Source: Girardia tigrina (taxonomy: Eukaryota). From it: 64,000 nt of DNA. The translations under genes and the position numbers were made by a program. Under the pieces are notes generated by a model. That model saw only the letters and a program-made list of their open reading frames with translations, had not been told where the DNA came from and searched no databases. The number at the start of each line of letters is the position of its first letter. The first letter of the stretch is position 1. The stretch lies in assembly GCA_001938485.1 (NCBI GenBank), contig MQRK01241883.1, positions 5,103 to 69,102 of the forward strand, in the 5' to 3' direction. Positions 48,900 to 61,300 of the stretch are shown piece after piece.

Positions 48900-51800
48900 G
48901 TTGATATAATGAATCAGATAATTATAATTATAATTAAAATCTTTTTATTATTATTATGTAAAATAAAAAAATAATGAAGTAAATAAATATTTTAGTAAAT
49001 AAATAAATAATATTATTTTACACAGTGATAAAACGGCACACTTTTATTGACAGAATCTTCCTCAATTGTTCTTATCTCGGTCGTTGAGTGCTCGAATTCT
49101 TCGGTAAATTCCTAACGGATACTTACATTTTTTATTAATTATTTTGAATTATATTAATATTATTATTATCGTACTTTACTTTTATGATTATTTCAAAAAA
49201 ATACTTTATTTAATTTATTCTAAATCTTTTAGAATGAGTTTTTAAAAAATGTACCATAATTTACTGCGGATAACCCGCACCCATGTATAAACCGCATCTC
49301 AATTTTTGATCATTAAGTATCTTTCGAAAATGAAGTTCCTTGTATAACCCGCACCGTGTATAACCTGTTTATCTTATTACAAAATCTTTTTATAAAAATT
49401 AAATTATAATTTTTAAAAATTATAAAAGATATACAGATCGGAGCAACATGTACTAAAAAGTGTAATTTTACCATTATGTTATCTGATGGAGGAAAGGGCA
49501 CCCAAATGGCAATTTTCAAACAAAAACAATACAAAAGGAGAAATTCCCAAGTGGCATTGTTGTGAAGGTAAATGAAAAGGGATGGATGGATGAACAAATG
49601 TTTAGCAAGGGGCTAACCGAAATATGGAAAAGACGAAAAGGAAAAGGACCATTTAATATAAATTCCATTTTGATTTATGACTCAGCAAAGGGTCATTTAA
49701 AAGAATGTGCGACGACAGCCGTTTTAACACATATGCAAAAAGTGGTCATCAAAGGAGAGTCGACAAAAAAACTACAACCCCTGGATTTGAGCGTAAACAA
49801 GTCATTTAAATCTCACATAAGAGATCATTGAGAGAATTGGATGATTAGTGGCAATCATACTTATACTAAAAGTGACAAGATGCGTTGAGTACCTATTTGT
49901 GAATTTTTTCGATGGATCGTGGATAGCTGTAATTCGATCAAAGCTGAATGCATTAAAAATTGTTTTTGAAACTGGAAAATTTGTATCTATGAGAATGAGA
50001 GTTCTGCTGTAATGGAAGAACATGATGAAAGTTGTGCATGGGTGAACGGCTAAGGTCCAAAAAAGGAAAGAAGTATACAATCTCTTCAATTGCTGAGGGA
50101 GTTATCTGGTTTGCAAAAGGAAACAATTAGAGTCATTCTCACATCGTAACTTTGTCTCAGAAACTCCTGCTGAATGTGGATTCCTCACAGTCTTAATGAG
50201 GCGAAGAAGCGTAACAGAATGACTAGCCCAGAAACTATCTTTGCCATTTTTGCTCACCACACAATCGAGTATCTAATGCAGCATTGGGTAACAAAGAACG
50301 ACAGTTAGTTTTTGTACAAAATGGCTCTTACAAAGGAAGCAAACATGGCTTGGTGTCATTCCACCAACGACATCAAACTGTCATTCGACCCAAACTCACT
50401 AACAAAAAGCTTTAATTCTCTTTGCTTTCACGGGTGATGGGAAGATAAGTTGCAGATGTGTGCTTGCCGCCAGGTTATTCAATGATCTAAGAACGATAAG
50501 TGGATTTCTTTCGGTCAATAGGAGAAAAATTGCGGCATGTTCGACATCATCCAAAAAGCTCTGTGAGTTGGTATACAATGTGCATACCGTGCAGTACATA
50601 ACGGAATTCTTTCAGTATCATGGTGTCTCTATCTTCAAGCAAAGAGCATACGGTCAGTATATAAACTAATGTGACCGTTGACTTTTCAAATCCGTTTAGC
50701 ATTTATTTCTTGGTTTGAAGCTTGTTGATAGTCTTGAGAATTTGAAGATTTTTAGAGTTTTTATCTGATTTTCTGTACAGGTCCGATCTTAAGGAACTTC
50801 ACAACAATGTTTACAGTTCCTATATCTATGAATTCCTATTGTATTTGTATGAATACAGGTGAATTATGTCTTCAGTATTACTCAGATACATTATAAACGT
50901 GTTTTAGAATGTTCGTCAAAAATGAAACAATGCTCATGGACAAATTTATAAGACCATATATAACTAGACCATGCATAATCATATGCATCCTCGGATATTT
51001 GCATTAAATATATCTTACTTCAGTGTTGTTATCAATAATTTTAATTTATAAAATCATTATTTCACAAATTTGAAAGGAATAATAATTCTTGATTAAGATT
51101 TGAAATAAATACAAAGACCTGTAAATTATAATAATTTATATATAGAAATATAATAGTGGGTGGATGTATCCGATACAGATAATCGTTCAAGGGTCCCGTA
51201 AACTTTCAGAGGGTCTTGAGTTCATAAATAATGTGAGTATTTTAATTTCATGTGTTTTACTAAAGGTTTTATCAGTATTTAAATAGACTAATTTAATGAA
51301 AAATGCTTCCAAGTGCGTCATTCAGAAAATTAATTCCAATGGATACTTTTTCAATGACAAAAGAATCTCGGTTAATGATTCCTTTCGAGAGATCAGTAAC
51401 ACTGAAGTATACAACCATCAAGACAAGGATATGTACAAGTTTTTTCTTTCAAATAAAAGCAGCGTTTTGTTACTTTCAATTGCTAAATATAACACTACCT
51501 ATTTCCCCCAAAAACCTTGCTTTCCGGTGAGCTTTTTAGTTTATGTAGAACAACAAAAGAATTTCAATAATAATTCAATAAGAATTACATTATTTTTAGA
51601 TTACAGAAAGATGTTCTTCGTCCTTACAGACGCATGTGAAAAGAATAGATGAAGTATCTCAGAGAAAAAGGTCGATTTCACAAGAACTTAAAACCAAATC
51701 TCGAGAAGGTTAATAATATTTTAATTATTTTGATAATTATTTTTAATAATTAATTGATTTTATTTGTTTTAATATAATAATAATATAGGGCTTTTCGACC

Positions 51801-54154
51801 AGTTTCATAACATATGAATTTTAAAATATATTAATTAAATGTTTTTCATTCAAATTCAGAAAATATTCGATCAAATTCATAATAAAGTAAAAATAAAATA
51901 TTATTTCGAGTTTTATATGTAAATACACCAAAATTTAAATCCAAATATTTAAATATACATTTAACATAAAATAGTAAACGAAAAAACATTTTTTGAGAAA
52001 AGATTAACCATTAACATTTATTCTAAAGTCTCCTCCAAAAGACGAAATCTTGACAAGTTTCTCAACATCTTCCTGTAAAACACGGAACTATTTTCGGTAG
52101 TTATCATATAAAATCCTCTGTTTATTTCTTCAAAAAGGTCTTGCTGAGAATTACAATGTGATCATACAGCGTAATTTTTTAATTTGGAAAACAAATTTCA
52201 ATGTCAATTGAAAATGGCGAGTAAGGTGGTAAAAATGAAATATTTTTACGCTCTCTTTGGGGTAACTCTGTAACACCTCAATAATGGTGATTCCTCCAAT
52301 GGTCAATTGTGGAAATGGGATTATGTATTCCAGGAGATCTAACCTTTGTGTTTAGTTCAAATAAAAATCCTTCAAAATGCATATAAGTAACGCTGTTAAT
52401 ATTATTTTAATAAAAAATCATTCCATTTTTATTAGCTACAGTTATAATTGAAAATTTTTTATTTCATGTTCCGTTTACCTCAACGTATACAGAATAACCA
52501 TGTAATGCTCTACCTCTCTTGGTTTTCATACTAATATTGAACCCTACTTCATCAATAAAAATAAAATTTGTAGGATCATTTTCATAAAAAAGTTCATTAA
52601 GTTTTGTTTCATAATCAAATCTTTTTAGTTTTTTTGATTCAGTGTATTCCTTTGAATTGATGTTGTTAGGAATTAAAAAATGTTAGGAAAATTTTTGAAA
52701 GAAGGTTATATTAAATATGTATAAATTTAAATTTTTATATTATTAAATATGTAACGTTTGAAAAAAATAAAATTACTAAAATTAAGAAGATCAATTAAAT
52801 TGCTAATTAAAATTTTTTTGAGAGTTTTAATATAATATAAAACGTAAAAAAAGTATAAAATTTTTATGTGAAACGATTTTTAAAAAGTAATAAAATTAAA
52901 TGAAACAATTAAATATTTTAGTGTTATCGTAATTTAAAATTGATTTATAGAAGTAATGAAAAAATCAAATATGAATATTTATAAGTATTTTTATCTATAT
53001 CGGTTTAAGATTAATAAAACAAATAGTTTCTCAAAAAAATAATAAATTTTTTTAAATATTAGATTTAAACATTTTTTGTGGTATAATAAAAGTTTTAATG
53101 TCTGCTACTAATAATTCCGACGATGTTCCAAGAATCACTAATAGATGTAATATTAACAATTTTTAAGGAAAAATGAAACGTTTTTAAAACTTGAAATATA
53201 CTACTTCATGAAATCACCATTTTTTTAAGGGTTAAAAAAGATTTTCGTTTATCAAAAAAATAAATATTCTCTTCTTTCTTCAATAAAAGATGATCTTCGT
53301 TTTCCTCTTCGCATTAAATAGAAATCCTGGAATGATAAACGAACCTTTTAATAAAAGAATATATTGTTTGTAACGGTAACTCTGTTATCTCCGCAATTAA
53401 CTTTGATGTTTCATATAAATTATACAGGTTAATTATTGGTTCTCTTGTCACTATTGAAATCATCTTATACCTATTTTCTGCTATTTTATGGATATTAAAA
53501 ATTTATTAAATTGATTGAATATTTTATGAATTTCATTGAAAAACATTTAATTAATATATTTTAAAATTCATATAATATGACATCGGTCGAATAAATTATT
53601 AAATCNNNNNNNNNNNNNNNNNNNNNNNNNNNNNNNNNNNNNNNNNNNNNNNNNNNNNNNNNNNNNNNNNNNNNNNNNNNNNNNNNNNNNNNNNNNNNNN
53701 NNNNNNNNNNNNNNNNNNNNNNNNNNNNNNNNNNNNNNNNNNNNNAATATTTATATTTTCTCAACAACGAAGCCAGTGGAAATGAATTCCAGCCTTTGTC
53801 AATCAGATTAGACAAGTCTGACGATCTCGGAATTTATTTGGTCGACACAAAAGATTTTCTCACGACAAAATCTGTAATTTGCGGTTTTCACGATAAATCT
53901 AAATTAAAAACGAAGTTTAAAATAGGTGATGAAATAATTAGTGTAATTTAGTTTGATAAAAAAATATGATTATAAAGTAATCATTGTAGATAAATGAAGA
54001 AAGCGTCATAAACAATACCAGTTTGGAAATAGGAAAATTGTTAAAGAAAATCCATTTTTACGCGGACAGCTTCACGGTGACAGTGTTGAGAAACACCAAA
54101 CCTTATTTGTTGACCAAGTCAATCATTACGATCCCGGAAACGGTAATTCTTTAG
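37497..54154 (+). CDS. Multi-PDZ scaffold, PATJ/MPDZ(MUPP1)-like, three PDZ domains, nine exons
   Basis: GT-AG, phase-consistent exons 37497-37569, 37637-37716, 41731-41883, 47335-47487, 51146-51232, 51287-51526, 51600-51708, (gap)-53942, 53990-54154 (or donor at 54143). PDZ text: HLGFRI...DILLEVNGVNLL...LPANIQMV; GLEFI...CVIQKI...DKRI...LSIAK; DLGIYLV...KIGDEIISINEE...VTVLRN. In-frame stop upstream of the ATG. Confidence 0.85.
38435..39089 (+). mobile_element. Internally deleted piggyBac element
   Basis: TTAA/CTAA flanks, CCCCTTAAC/GTTAAGGGG termini; remnant C-terminal Cys-rich domain (VCCSK...KCNVDLCGVPCSKIYHT). Confidence 0.85.
39910..41070. repeat. Near-identical direct duplication of about 530 bp on both sides of an N gap (probable haplotype or assembly overlap)
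   Basis: 39910-40443 is repeated at 40514-41070 with a few substitutions; the first copy ends at the gap and the second starts with (TA)n. Confidence 0.85.
42230..42387 (+). mobile_element. Diverged family-B LTR fragment
   Basis: Ends TCAAGAACCCAATA. Confidence 0.45.
42720..42949. mobile_element. piggyBac-type MITE
   Basis: TTAA TSDs and CCCTTTCCAGC / GCTGGAAAGGG TIRs. Confidence 0.9.
44381..44820 (+). mobile_element. Solo LTR, family A
   Basis: TGTGAGGAAT...CTCTTAATA with a perfect ATAGA TSD. Confidence 0.85.
45380..46608 (+). mobile_element. Full-length mariner element, transposase pseudogene
   Basis: TA TSDs; TIRs TTAGGTTGTCCTAAAAGTTCCAGGTCAA / TTGACCGGTAACTTTTAGGAC..; WFKRF, PRSGRP, SDEKFVY, QQDNAKPH, HPAYSPD motifs; (TA)n tract inserted at the ORF start. 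Confidence 0.93.
47661..47880. mobile_element. MITE with about 30-bp TIRs and internal 15-bp tandem repeats
   Basis: TATATAGCATTTTACAATGAAATTGAACTT / AAGTTCAATTTCATGGTAAAAATGCTATATA; internal GATTA..TGTC units. Confidence 0.75.
49252..50030 (+). mobile_element. pogo (POGK-like) element remnant with DDE domain
   Basis: Same terminus as 19501; VNEKGWMDEQMF, ILIYDSAKGH, KLQPLDLSVNKSFK. Confidence 0.85.
50030..50800 (+). mobile_element. Diverged mariner-like transposase remnant
   Basis: WIPHSLNEAKKRNR (WVPHEL-like) and later degenerate catalytic-domain text. Confidence 0.55.
52000..53480 (-). mobile_element. IS630/Tc1-type DDE transposase remnant
   Basis: IFIDEVGFNISMKTKRGRA and FLPPYSPFSIDIE motifs, interrupted by AT-rich DNA. 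Confidence 0.75.
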
Positions 54155-54749
54155 AATATTACTTATTTTTTAATAAAATACTTTCTATCGGCGTTGTCCA
54201 ATAATAAAATTTATTGCATTTAAATGCAATTAATCCTCAAATAACAATAAATATCATAATAATATAACACATTTTTAAAAAAAAGTTTAAAAAAACCCTT
54301 CCTTCTATTGGGTGTACTAAAATTTTAAATCTAAATTCCATATTGTATAATTTAGTTTTAAAATTAATTTTTAAATAATGACTGATTCATTCAATTAAAC
54401 ATTTTTTTTATTTATCGATTTTTATCGATTGGAGAAAGAATTGAGATATAATTTGTTTTGTTGATCTTTGTTAGGTCGAGTGATGACAGATTATCTGGAA
54501 AGGACAATCAATAGATACGTTATAGCAATATACAACTACCCTGAAAATTTCAGCTTCATAACATTATGGGATGTGGGTTAAAATTTCAAAATGAGACTGG
54601 ACACGGGAGAAGATTGTACGAAAGCAAGCATAAAGAAAGAAGGAAATAAAATAAATATTTTAAAAATAAATAACCTTTAAAATGGTATAACAAATCACAA
54701 AACGGATTTTTAAAACATGTATATATATTTGCTCAGTTTTTTTTAAATA

Positions 54750-54848
54750 ACATGCTAAGTTTTTTTATTAAAATGCTAAGTTAATTAAAAAGATGCTAAG
54801 TTATTTATTAAAATGCTAAGTTTTTAATAACAATGCGAAGTTATTTAA
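54750..54848. repeat. Minisatellite, five units of about 20 bp
   Basis: ATGCTAAGTT(T/A)TT(T)ATTAAA-type units. Confidence 0.85.
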
Positions 54849-54859
54849 TAGAATACTAT

Positions 54860-55175
54860 GTAATTAATATTAAATGATGAAATTAAAATTGTCGAGGAGA
54901 TGAGATGGTCAACTTTTGATGACTTTAAAGTAAAGGCTTTTACTGTTTGGTTTGTAATTCTTCCACGAAACAATGAAAATTGGCATGCTGGTTCATGTAG
55001 TTGTCCATACTTTCTGAAATATTTTGTTTGTAAGCATCTTTTAGGACTTGCTATACGCTTGAAGCTCACATCTGTGCCTCCCGCAGCAAATTACGTGCCC
55101 ATTGAGGAAAAAAGAAGGCGTGGAAGGCCAAAGAAAACTTCCAGAGCACTGCTCATTGAAATAAATCGGTTTTAA
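54860..55175 (+). mobile_element. MULE/Mutator-type transposase C-terminal fragment (SWIM zinc finger and AT-hook)
   Basis: CSCPYFLKYFVCKH (CxC-xn-CxH) and RRRGRPKK. Confidence 0.7.
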
Positions 55176-56646
55176 TAAAGAATTATATTTTCATTGTGTT
55201 TTGAATTTTTGTGACTTTATGAATAGAACCTGAGCTTTTATCATTTCGGCTTTGGGAATTCAAATTATTTGTTTATTCAATTCTTTTTTATCTGACTCTC
55301 GAAACACAAAAATAATTTTCATTTAAAAGATGAAGTTTGGAATCCCAACAGCATTATTAAAAAAACTTACCATTCTATTAAAATACTTAGCGAAAAAATA
55401 CAAGCCTTTTTAAAATAGTAATAAGTATTTAAGAGTAAGCTATCATATATAATACACAATACACACCTACAATGAATATATACAAAATACAATACATACC
55501 TTATGCAATTAGTTGCAGTTACAATCCATTTCAGTTAAATACAAAAAACTATAATTTCAGAATATTTTTATCATTCCAATATTTATTCCTGCTTTATATT
55601 TAATAGGTATAAAACTTATGAAATCTGTTTAGTTGTTTTTAAAATATTAGTAAGAATTCGATAGATATATTGTTAGGAATTGAAAGACAAAGAAAAATTT
55701 TGAAATGAATAAATAAGTAAATAAGAAATTAATTACCAAAATAATAGTTAGCAAAGGAAATAGATAAATTAGATTAAACTTACTAAATAATAAATTAGAA
55801 GTACCGGTTCGGCATAAATAAAACTAAAATAATAATTCCTCAAATAATATGAAAAATTAATGAAATCATAAACATTATGATATTATAAACAAATAAACGC
55901 CATTAAAAAATATATTTCGTGATAATAATATATAATTTCGGTTTGACCGTCATCATCAGATCACTGATTATGTTCTTTTTTATTGCTTTTATATAAGAAA
56001 TGAATGATTATGTAATCACTTACGTAAGTCTAATCGAAAACTCTTAACAAATTAGTTGAAAATGCTGTTTGAACATTGATTTTCGGATCACATGATCTTA
56101 TCAACAATGCGTCACATGAAACTCTCTCCCAATTTTCAATTTTATTTGTAATTATGATTTTAGTTAGATAAAACGTTGTTATTATTTTTAATATAACGAA
56201 ATTATGTAATTGATTTAATTATAAAAAAGATTGTTGTTTTAATAACTATTATGAACTGTGTGTTTTTTAAAAATGTGTATTGATTTTAAAAATTAATAAT
56301 TTTCGTGAAATATAATTTTGGCGAATGGAGTCGGGTTTTATTTCCGGTGGTGTGCATACGGATTCTAACAAACATTGATATGTTTTTCAATATTTTATGA
56401 ACCTTAATCTTCTATTTGGATCTTTTTAGACAGAAAATGATTTTGAAATCGAAATATTTTTCTCGATCTTTCCTAGAAATCTCAAATTTTATGACATAGT
56501 ATAATTATGTAAGTATCAGATTCGAAGATTAAGAAAAACAATAGTTGAGTCTTTACGTATTGAGTGAAAAAGTTGCACAACTTATGTTCTGGTCTAAAAA
56601 GACTCATTACTATTTGTATTAGTACAATATAATTTCAAAGAATATA

Positions 56647-57436
56647 CAGTGCGGTTCATAAGTAAGTTCGCACCCTAACAATTTCAATATATCTCAATAA
56701 AACGATGAAAAAGTCTTTATTATTTTAATTGCATTGTTTAAAATGATTAAAATTGANNNNNNNNNNNNNNNNNNNNNNNNNNNNNNNNNNNNNNNNNNNN
56801 NNNNNNNNNNNNNNNNNNNNNNNNNNNNNNNNNNNNNNNNNNNNNNNNNNNNNNNNNNNNNNNNNNNNNNNNNNNNNNNNNNNNNNNNNNNNNNNNNNNN
56901 NNNNNNNNNNNNNNNNNNNNNNNNNNNNNNNNNNNNNNNNNNNNNNNNNNNNNNNNNNNNNNNNNNNNNNNNNNNNNNNNNNNNNNNNNNNNNNNNNNNN
57001 NNNNNNNNNNNNNNNNNNNNNNNNNNNNNNNNNNNNNNNNNNNNNNNNNNNNNNNNNNNNNNNNNNNNNNNNNNNNNNNNNNNNNNNNNNNNNNNNNNNN
57101 NNNNNNNNNNNNNNNNNNNNNNNNNNNNNNNNNNNNNNNNNNNNNNNNNNNNNNNNNNNNNNNNNNNNNNNNNNNNNNNNNNNNNNNNNNNNNNNNNNNN
57201 NNNNNNNNNNNNNNNNNNNNNNNNNNNNNNNNNNNNNNNNNNNNNNNNNNNNNNNNNNNNNNNNNNNNNNNNNNNNNNNNNNNNNNNNNNNNNNNNNNNN
57301 NNNNNNNNNNNNNNNNNNNNNNNNNNNNNNNNNNNNNNNNNNNNNNNNNNNNNNNNNNNNNNNNNNNNNNNNNNNNNNNNNNNNNNNNNNNNNNNNNNNN
57401 NNNNNNNNNNNNNNAACTTACTTATGAACCGCACTG
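56647..57436. mobile_element. Tc1/mariner element spanning an assembly gap
   Basis: TA-CAGTGCGGTTCATAAGTAAGTT and its exact inverse AACTTACTTATGAACCGCACTG-TA on either side of the Ns. Confidence 0.85.
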
Positions 57437-59054
57437 TAAATAGTCGAATTCCATGACGCAATTTTCTTTAAATTTATGTAATCTTAAAATTTGAGGAATT
57501 CCGGAAAATTCATAATTCTAAGTCGTCATTTCATAAAATTTCTATGTAATTCACATTTGGTTTGTTCAGTATTTGTTTGCAGCTTGTGATATTCTGATAA
57601 ACACTAAAATTTTATTCTGCAATCATCTAGATCTACAATTATTTTATAGATCAATAGATCAATTATTCTTTAGATCTTGTGTGTGTTAATAAGATACATT
57701 CTAAAGTTATTTCTAGTATATTTTGTAACGCTAATTTATGGGAGTTTGTAAAGTAATCTCATAATAACGGTACGAGGATTAGGTGCGGAAAATATTCTAG
57801 CAATTGCAGATTTTTCTGAAAAAGACATTTGCACTGAAACATCAGATTATGTTGAAATAAAATGTATTTACTCAGATGATGAATATGACGAAGACACGAA
57901 TGACTTTCCTAATTCATTAAAAGATCAACAAATAAAATTTCGACCAAGCTTCATAAAAAATTTGAAGATTATCAATAGTCCATTCCAAGATTTGCTTCAG
58001 TTGGTATAACGAACGAGTTGTCTGCGTTTCGTTTATTTTTTGCTGATCACATTCAAAAACAATTATGAAGCTCACAAATTCCGATTGTCAATGGGTGTTT
58101 AGTGAATTACAATTACAAAATTTAATTCAAAATCGATTCTACTATCATAAATAACTAATTTAGTAAAGCAAAAATAGAATCAGCAACTGAAATTTAAAAA
58201 TACTCAAGATAATCATAAATTTAATTTCGGATTTCGATTTTGAATTTCAAATGAATTATAATTTACGAATTAAAAAAAGAAACTGTGATAAAATTTATTA
58301 ATTGCAAAAATTTAACAATAATTAATTAAAATCGACAAGAATTAAAAAAATAACTTTGTTTTAAAAATAAGATTTTTTAAAGTTTTTTTCTATTAATTGG
58401 AAATTGATGTAAGACTAAAAGCGTGGTGTTGCAATGATTATGAATTGTCGATCCGATTCTCTATATGTTAAAAATAAAACTTCTTATCGATTTATTTACA
58501 TTTATACTTTCGAAATTGATATGTCAGTAAACTTTATTGGATTAAAAGTCACTTTAGGGATTTTCGGGCAAGATGACCGCCCGTTACGTTTTTGTCGAGA
58601 GCCATCTCGATCCGGTAAGCTTTTATATGACAACTATAGCTCTTGCCTCCATTCTCGACAGGACCAATCGATTGACGAGCGTACGTACGAGCGTGTATAA
58701 AGAAATTTATCACTTAGTGATCAGATTGAATTAGAAGTTTAGATTGTTCTACTATTATAAGCTGATGTCTATAAATCAAATAATGAAGCCTTGTAATTTT
58801 TTGGCATGATAAATAGGGAAGACCTAGTTTTCGTGCAATTATGTTTTTGCATCGGTTCCAAATAATTTCACGAGTAATTCGATTTGTTGATCGGAGTAGA
58901 ACAATAAATAGAATAAAAATGGACAAAATGACCCAAATCAGAGAACTTGGGAACAGATGGGTGGACATATTGCGGTGCTGACATAATCCTATTGAAAATG
59001 TTACAATAGACGAGCAATTGGTTTCGTTTCGAGATAAGTGCCTTTTTGGCAACA

Positions 59055-59937
59055 CAGTAGAACTCGGATATCTCGAATTCGATGGGGAACGAAAAAAATT
59101 CGAGATATCCGAGTTTCGAGATAACCGAGGTTGTAATTATATTTATCGTTGACGAGAATCTTATGCGGTTTTAATTCAAAAATTATCACTAGACATAATT
59201 GGAATCTTAATCCCCCAAAATAAAAAACCATAATTTACGTTTTAAAAAACTGTTGCTCATATTCAAAATAAAACACAAGGAGACTTGATGGATCATAAGC
59301 ATGGAATAATGTACAATACATGCAGTACAGTATATTACTGGCATAGCAGAAACAAAGATTAACAAAAGAAAATTGTTTTGAGAGTCTGATTTTTCTTTCC
59401 CATGACGGCCACTTCTTCAAGGTGAGTTAGCATTGCAATTTCGTCAGTTGAAACTCCATCATTGTGCTTCGCCCATATCTGAAGCAACAGTATTGACTCG
59501 AGAACTTGTTTTGTGGAAAGAAGAGGTGGTTCAATGGATTCCTCATCTTCAGTTTCAGATAAATGAGTCTCTTCATCCCCTTTAGTCAAAATAATTGTCA
59601 TGATATCTTTATCTGTCATTTATAATATTACAATTTGTAATAAATAACGTATAAATATTTATAATTTAGTTAAAATTGATATTGATATTTAGCATTTTGA
59701 TATCTGGTTTGTACAAAATAAGAAAAACATCGTTCCTCATAAATTTATTTGTAAAATAGTTAATTGTTATATTAATAAATATTTTGTATTATGAACTATA
59801 TTGTTGATCACGAACCCAACACAGACTATAACCACTATTTATAAAACAAATACATTTAAATTTAAAAAATTCGAGATATATGTACAAATTTAACAGAATT
59901 TTACGTAAATTTGCTTCGAGATATCCGAGTTCCACTG
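59055..59937 (-). mobile_element. Tigger/pogo deletion derivative nested in piggyBac
   Basis: TIRs CAGTAGAACTCGGATATCTCGAA / TTCGAGATATCCGAGTTCCACTG; acidic C-terminal ORF ending KKNQTLKTIFF (59359-59619). Confidence 0.85.
59636..59821 (+). mobile_element. Family-B solo LTR nested in the Tigger element
   Basis: TGTAAT...GATCACGAACCCAACA; left boundary uncertain. Confidence 0.6.
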
Positions 59938-60319
59938 TATATGTCCATTATACTGGTCAAATATGGAATCCAATTTTGACAGCAGCAACAGTTATATGTA
60001 GAACATCCAAATGAAAAATGGAAATTAACCAGGGAAAGCACCTAAAATTCACAGTGAACTAGTTTTAGTGAACCTTTTTAAAAGTTTAAAAGGAAGAACT
60101 GTAACAACAGATTATTTGTTCACATTATATGACCATGGTAGAATACTGTTCCAGAAAATTGGACAATGATCAAGACAATGAGGAAAAATAAATCATCTTT
60201 GTGTAATTCTAAATGAGTTACTTTATTTTTGATAGTGAAACAGTCTAGCTCTTTGCTACTTAATGCGTAATAGCGGTTCTTGGTGCTTTTAAAACAGGGG
60301 GTTTGACCATAGGTGTTAA

Positions 60320-60353
<34 letters not shown>

Positions 60354-60660
60354 TGTATATATGAAAACAAAGAATTTGTTTGTATTTGGTCCACATAAAG
60401 GCTGGTGTTAGGCCAATTCAATTTATTATTGAATAGAAAGTATTCACAATTAAGATCACATATAAATGATAAAATCAAATCAAAATATTAATGTCATGTA
60501 AATATTGTAGTTAATGGAATAACAGTTTTATGGTTAACTAAATGATAGATGGACTATAAGTGGCGACATTTAATTTTAGTGGACTAAATGCCGCCACTTA
60601 TAATCCATTAAGATATGCTTTATGTAACTTTGAATCCCTCACTTAACTACCCTATGTATG

Positions 60661-61145
60661 TGTGAGGAATATCTTGAATGTTTGATGCCTTGTGTTTGAA
60701 TGTTGTATGTTTATTTGGAATTGTGTTTCTCTTACCCAGGTAGTTTATTATTATTTTAATTCTTATATTCTGAAAATATTTAATGTTTAAATTTATTTCA
60801 AATTTAAAATAATTGTAAAATTTTAAATAAATTAATTATTTTTATTTATAATTTTTAATAAATAAATCAAGTTAATATTTTTAAAATAATTAATAATTAT
60901 TAATTAATTAATTATGATTATTTTATTAATTATGATTATAATCATTTTAATTTTTATCAAATAAGTTTTGAGTAAATATTTTAACAAATTATTTATATCA
61001 CCATTTGCTAAAAATAATAAGATTAAAGTCATTAATAAATTAGTTAGAATGCAATCATACGAATGCTTCGACAAAGATTGTCTTGAGGATAATCAATCTT
61101 GTTATTTTTATTAAAATATGAAAAGTCAAATTGATGTTCTTAATA
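60661..61145 (+). mobile_element. Solo LTR, family A
   Basis: TGTGAGGAAT...GTTCTTAATA with a perfect GTATG TSD. Confidence 0.85.
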
Positions 61146-61150
61146 GTATG

Positions 61151-61300
61151 TGTTGGGTTCTTGATCAAAATTATAACTCATTAACACAAAATTTTATTTC
61201 TAACACAAATAACAACTATTCAAACAATTTTTCGTCGATGAACTATTATTTGTTTTCTTTATGACCAGATTTTTTATATAAAAAAATTATATCTGCAAAT
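61151..61300 (-). mobile_element. Family-B LTR fragment
   Basis: TGTTGGGTTCTTGATC start; colinear with 34260-34410. Confidence 0.65.

Larger units (their letters stand above)
57780..60290 (+). mobile_element. piggyBac (PGBD4-like) transposase remnant with nested insertions
   Basis: FRAIMFLHRFQIISRVIRF...DKMTQIRE...NVTIDEQLVSFRDKCLFWQ resumes after 59937 as YMS..VKYGIQ; later GRTVTTD. Outer boundaries approximate. Confidence 0.8.
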
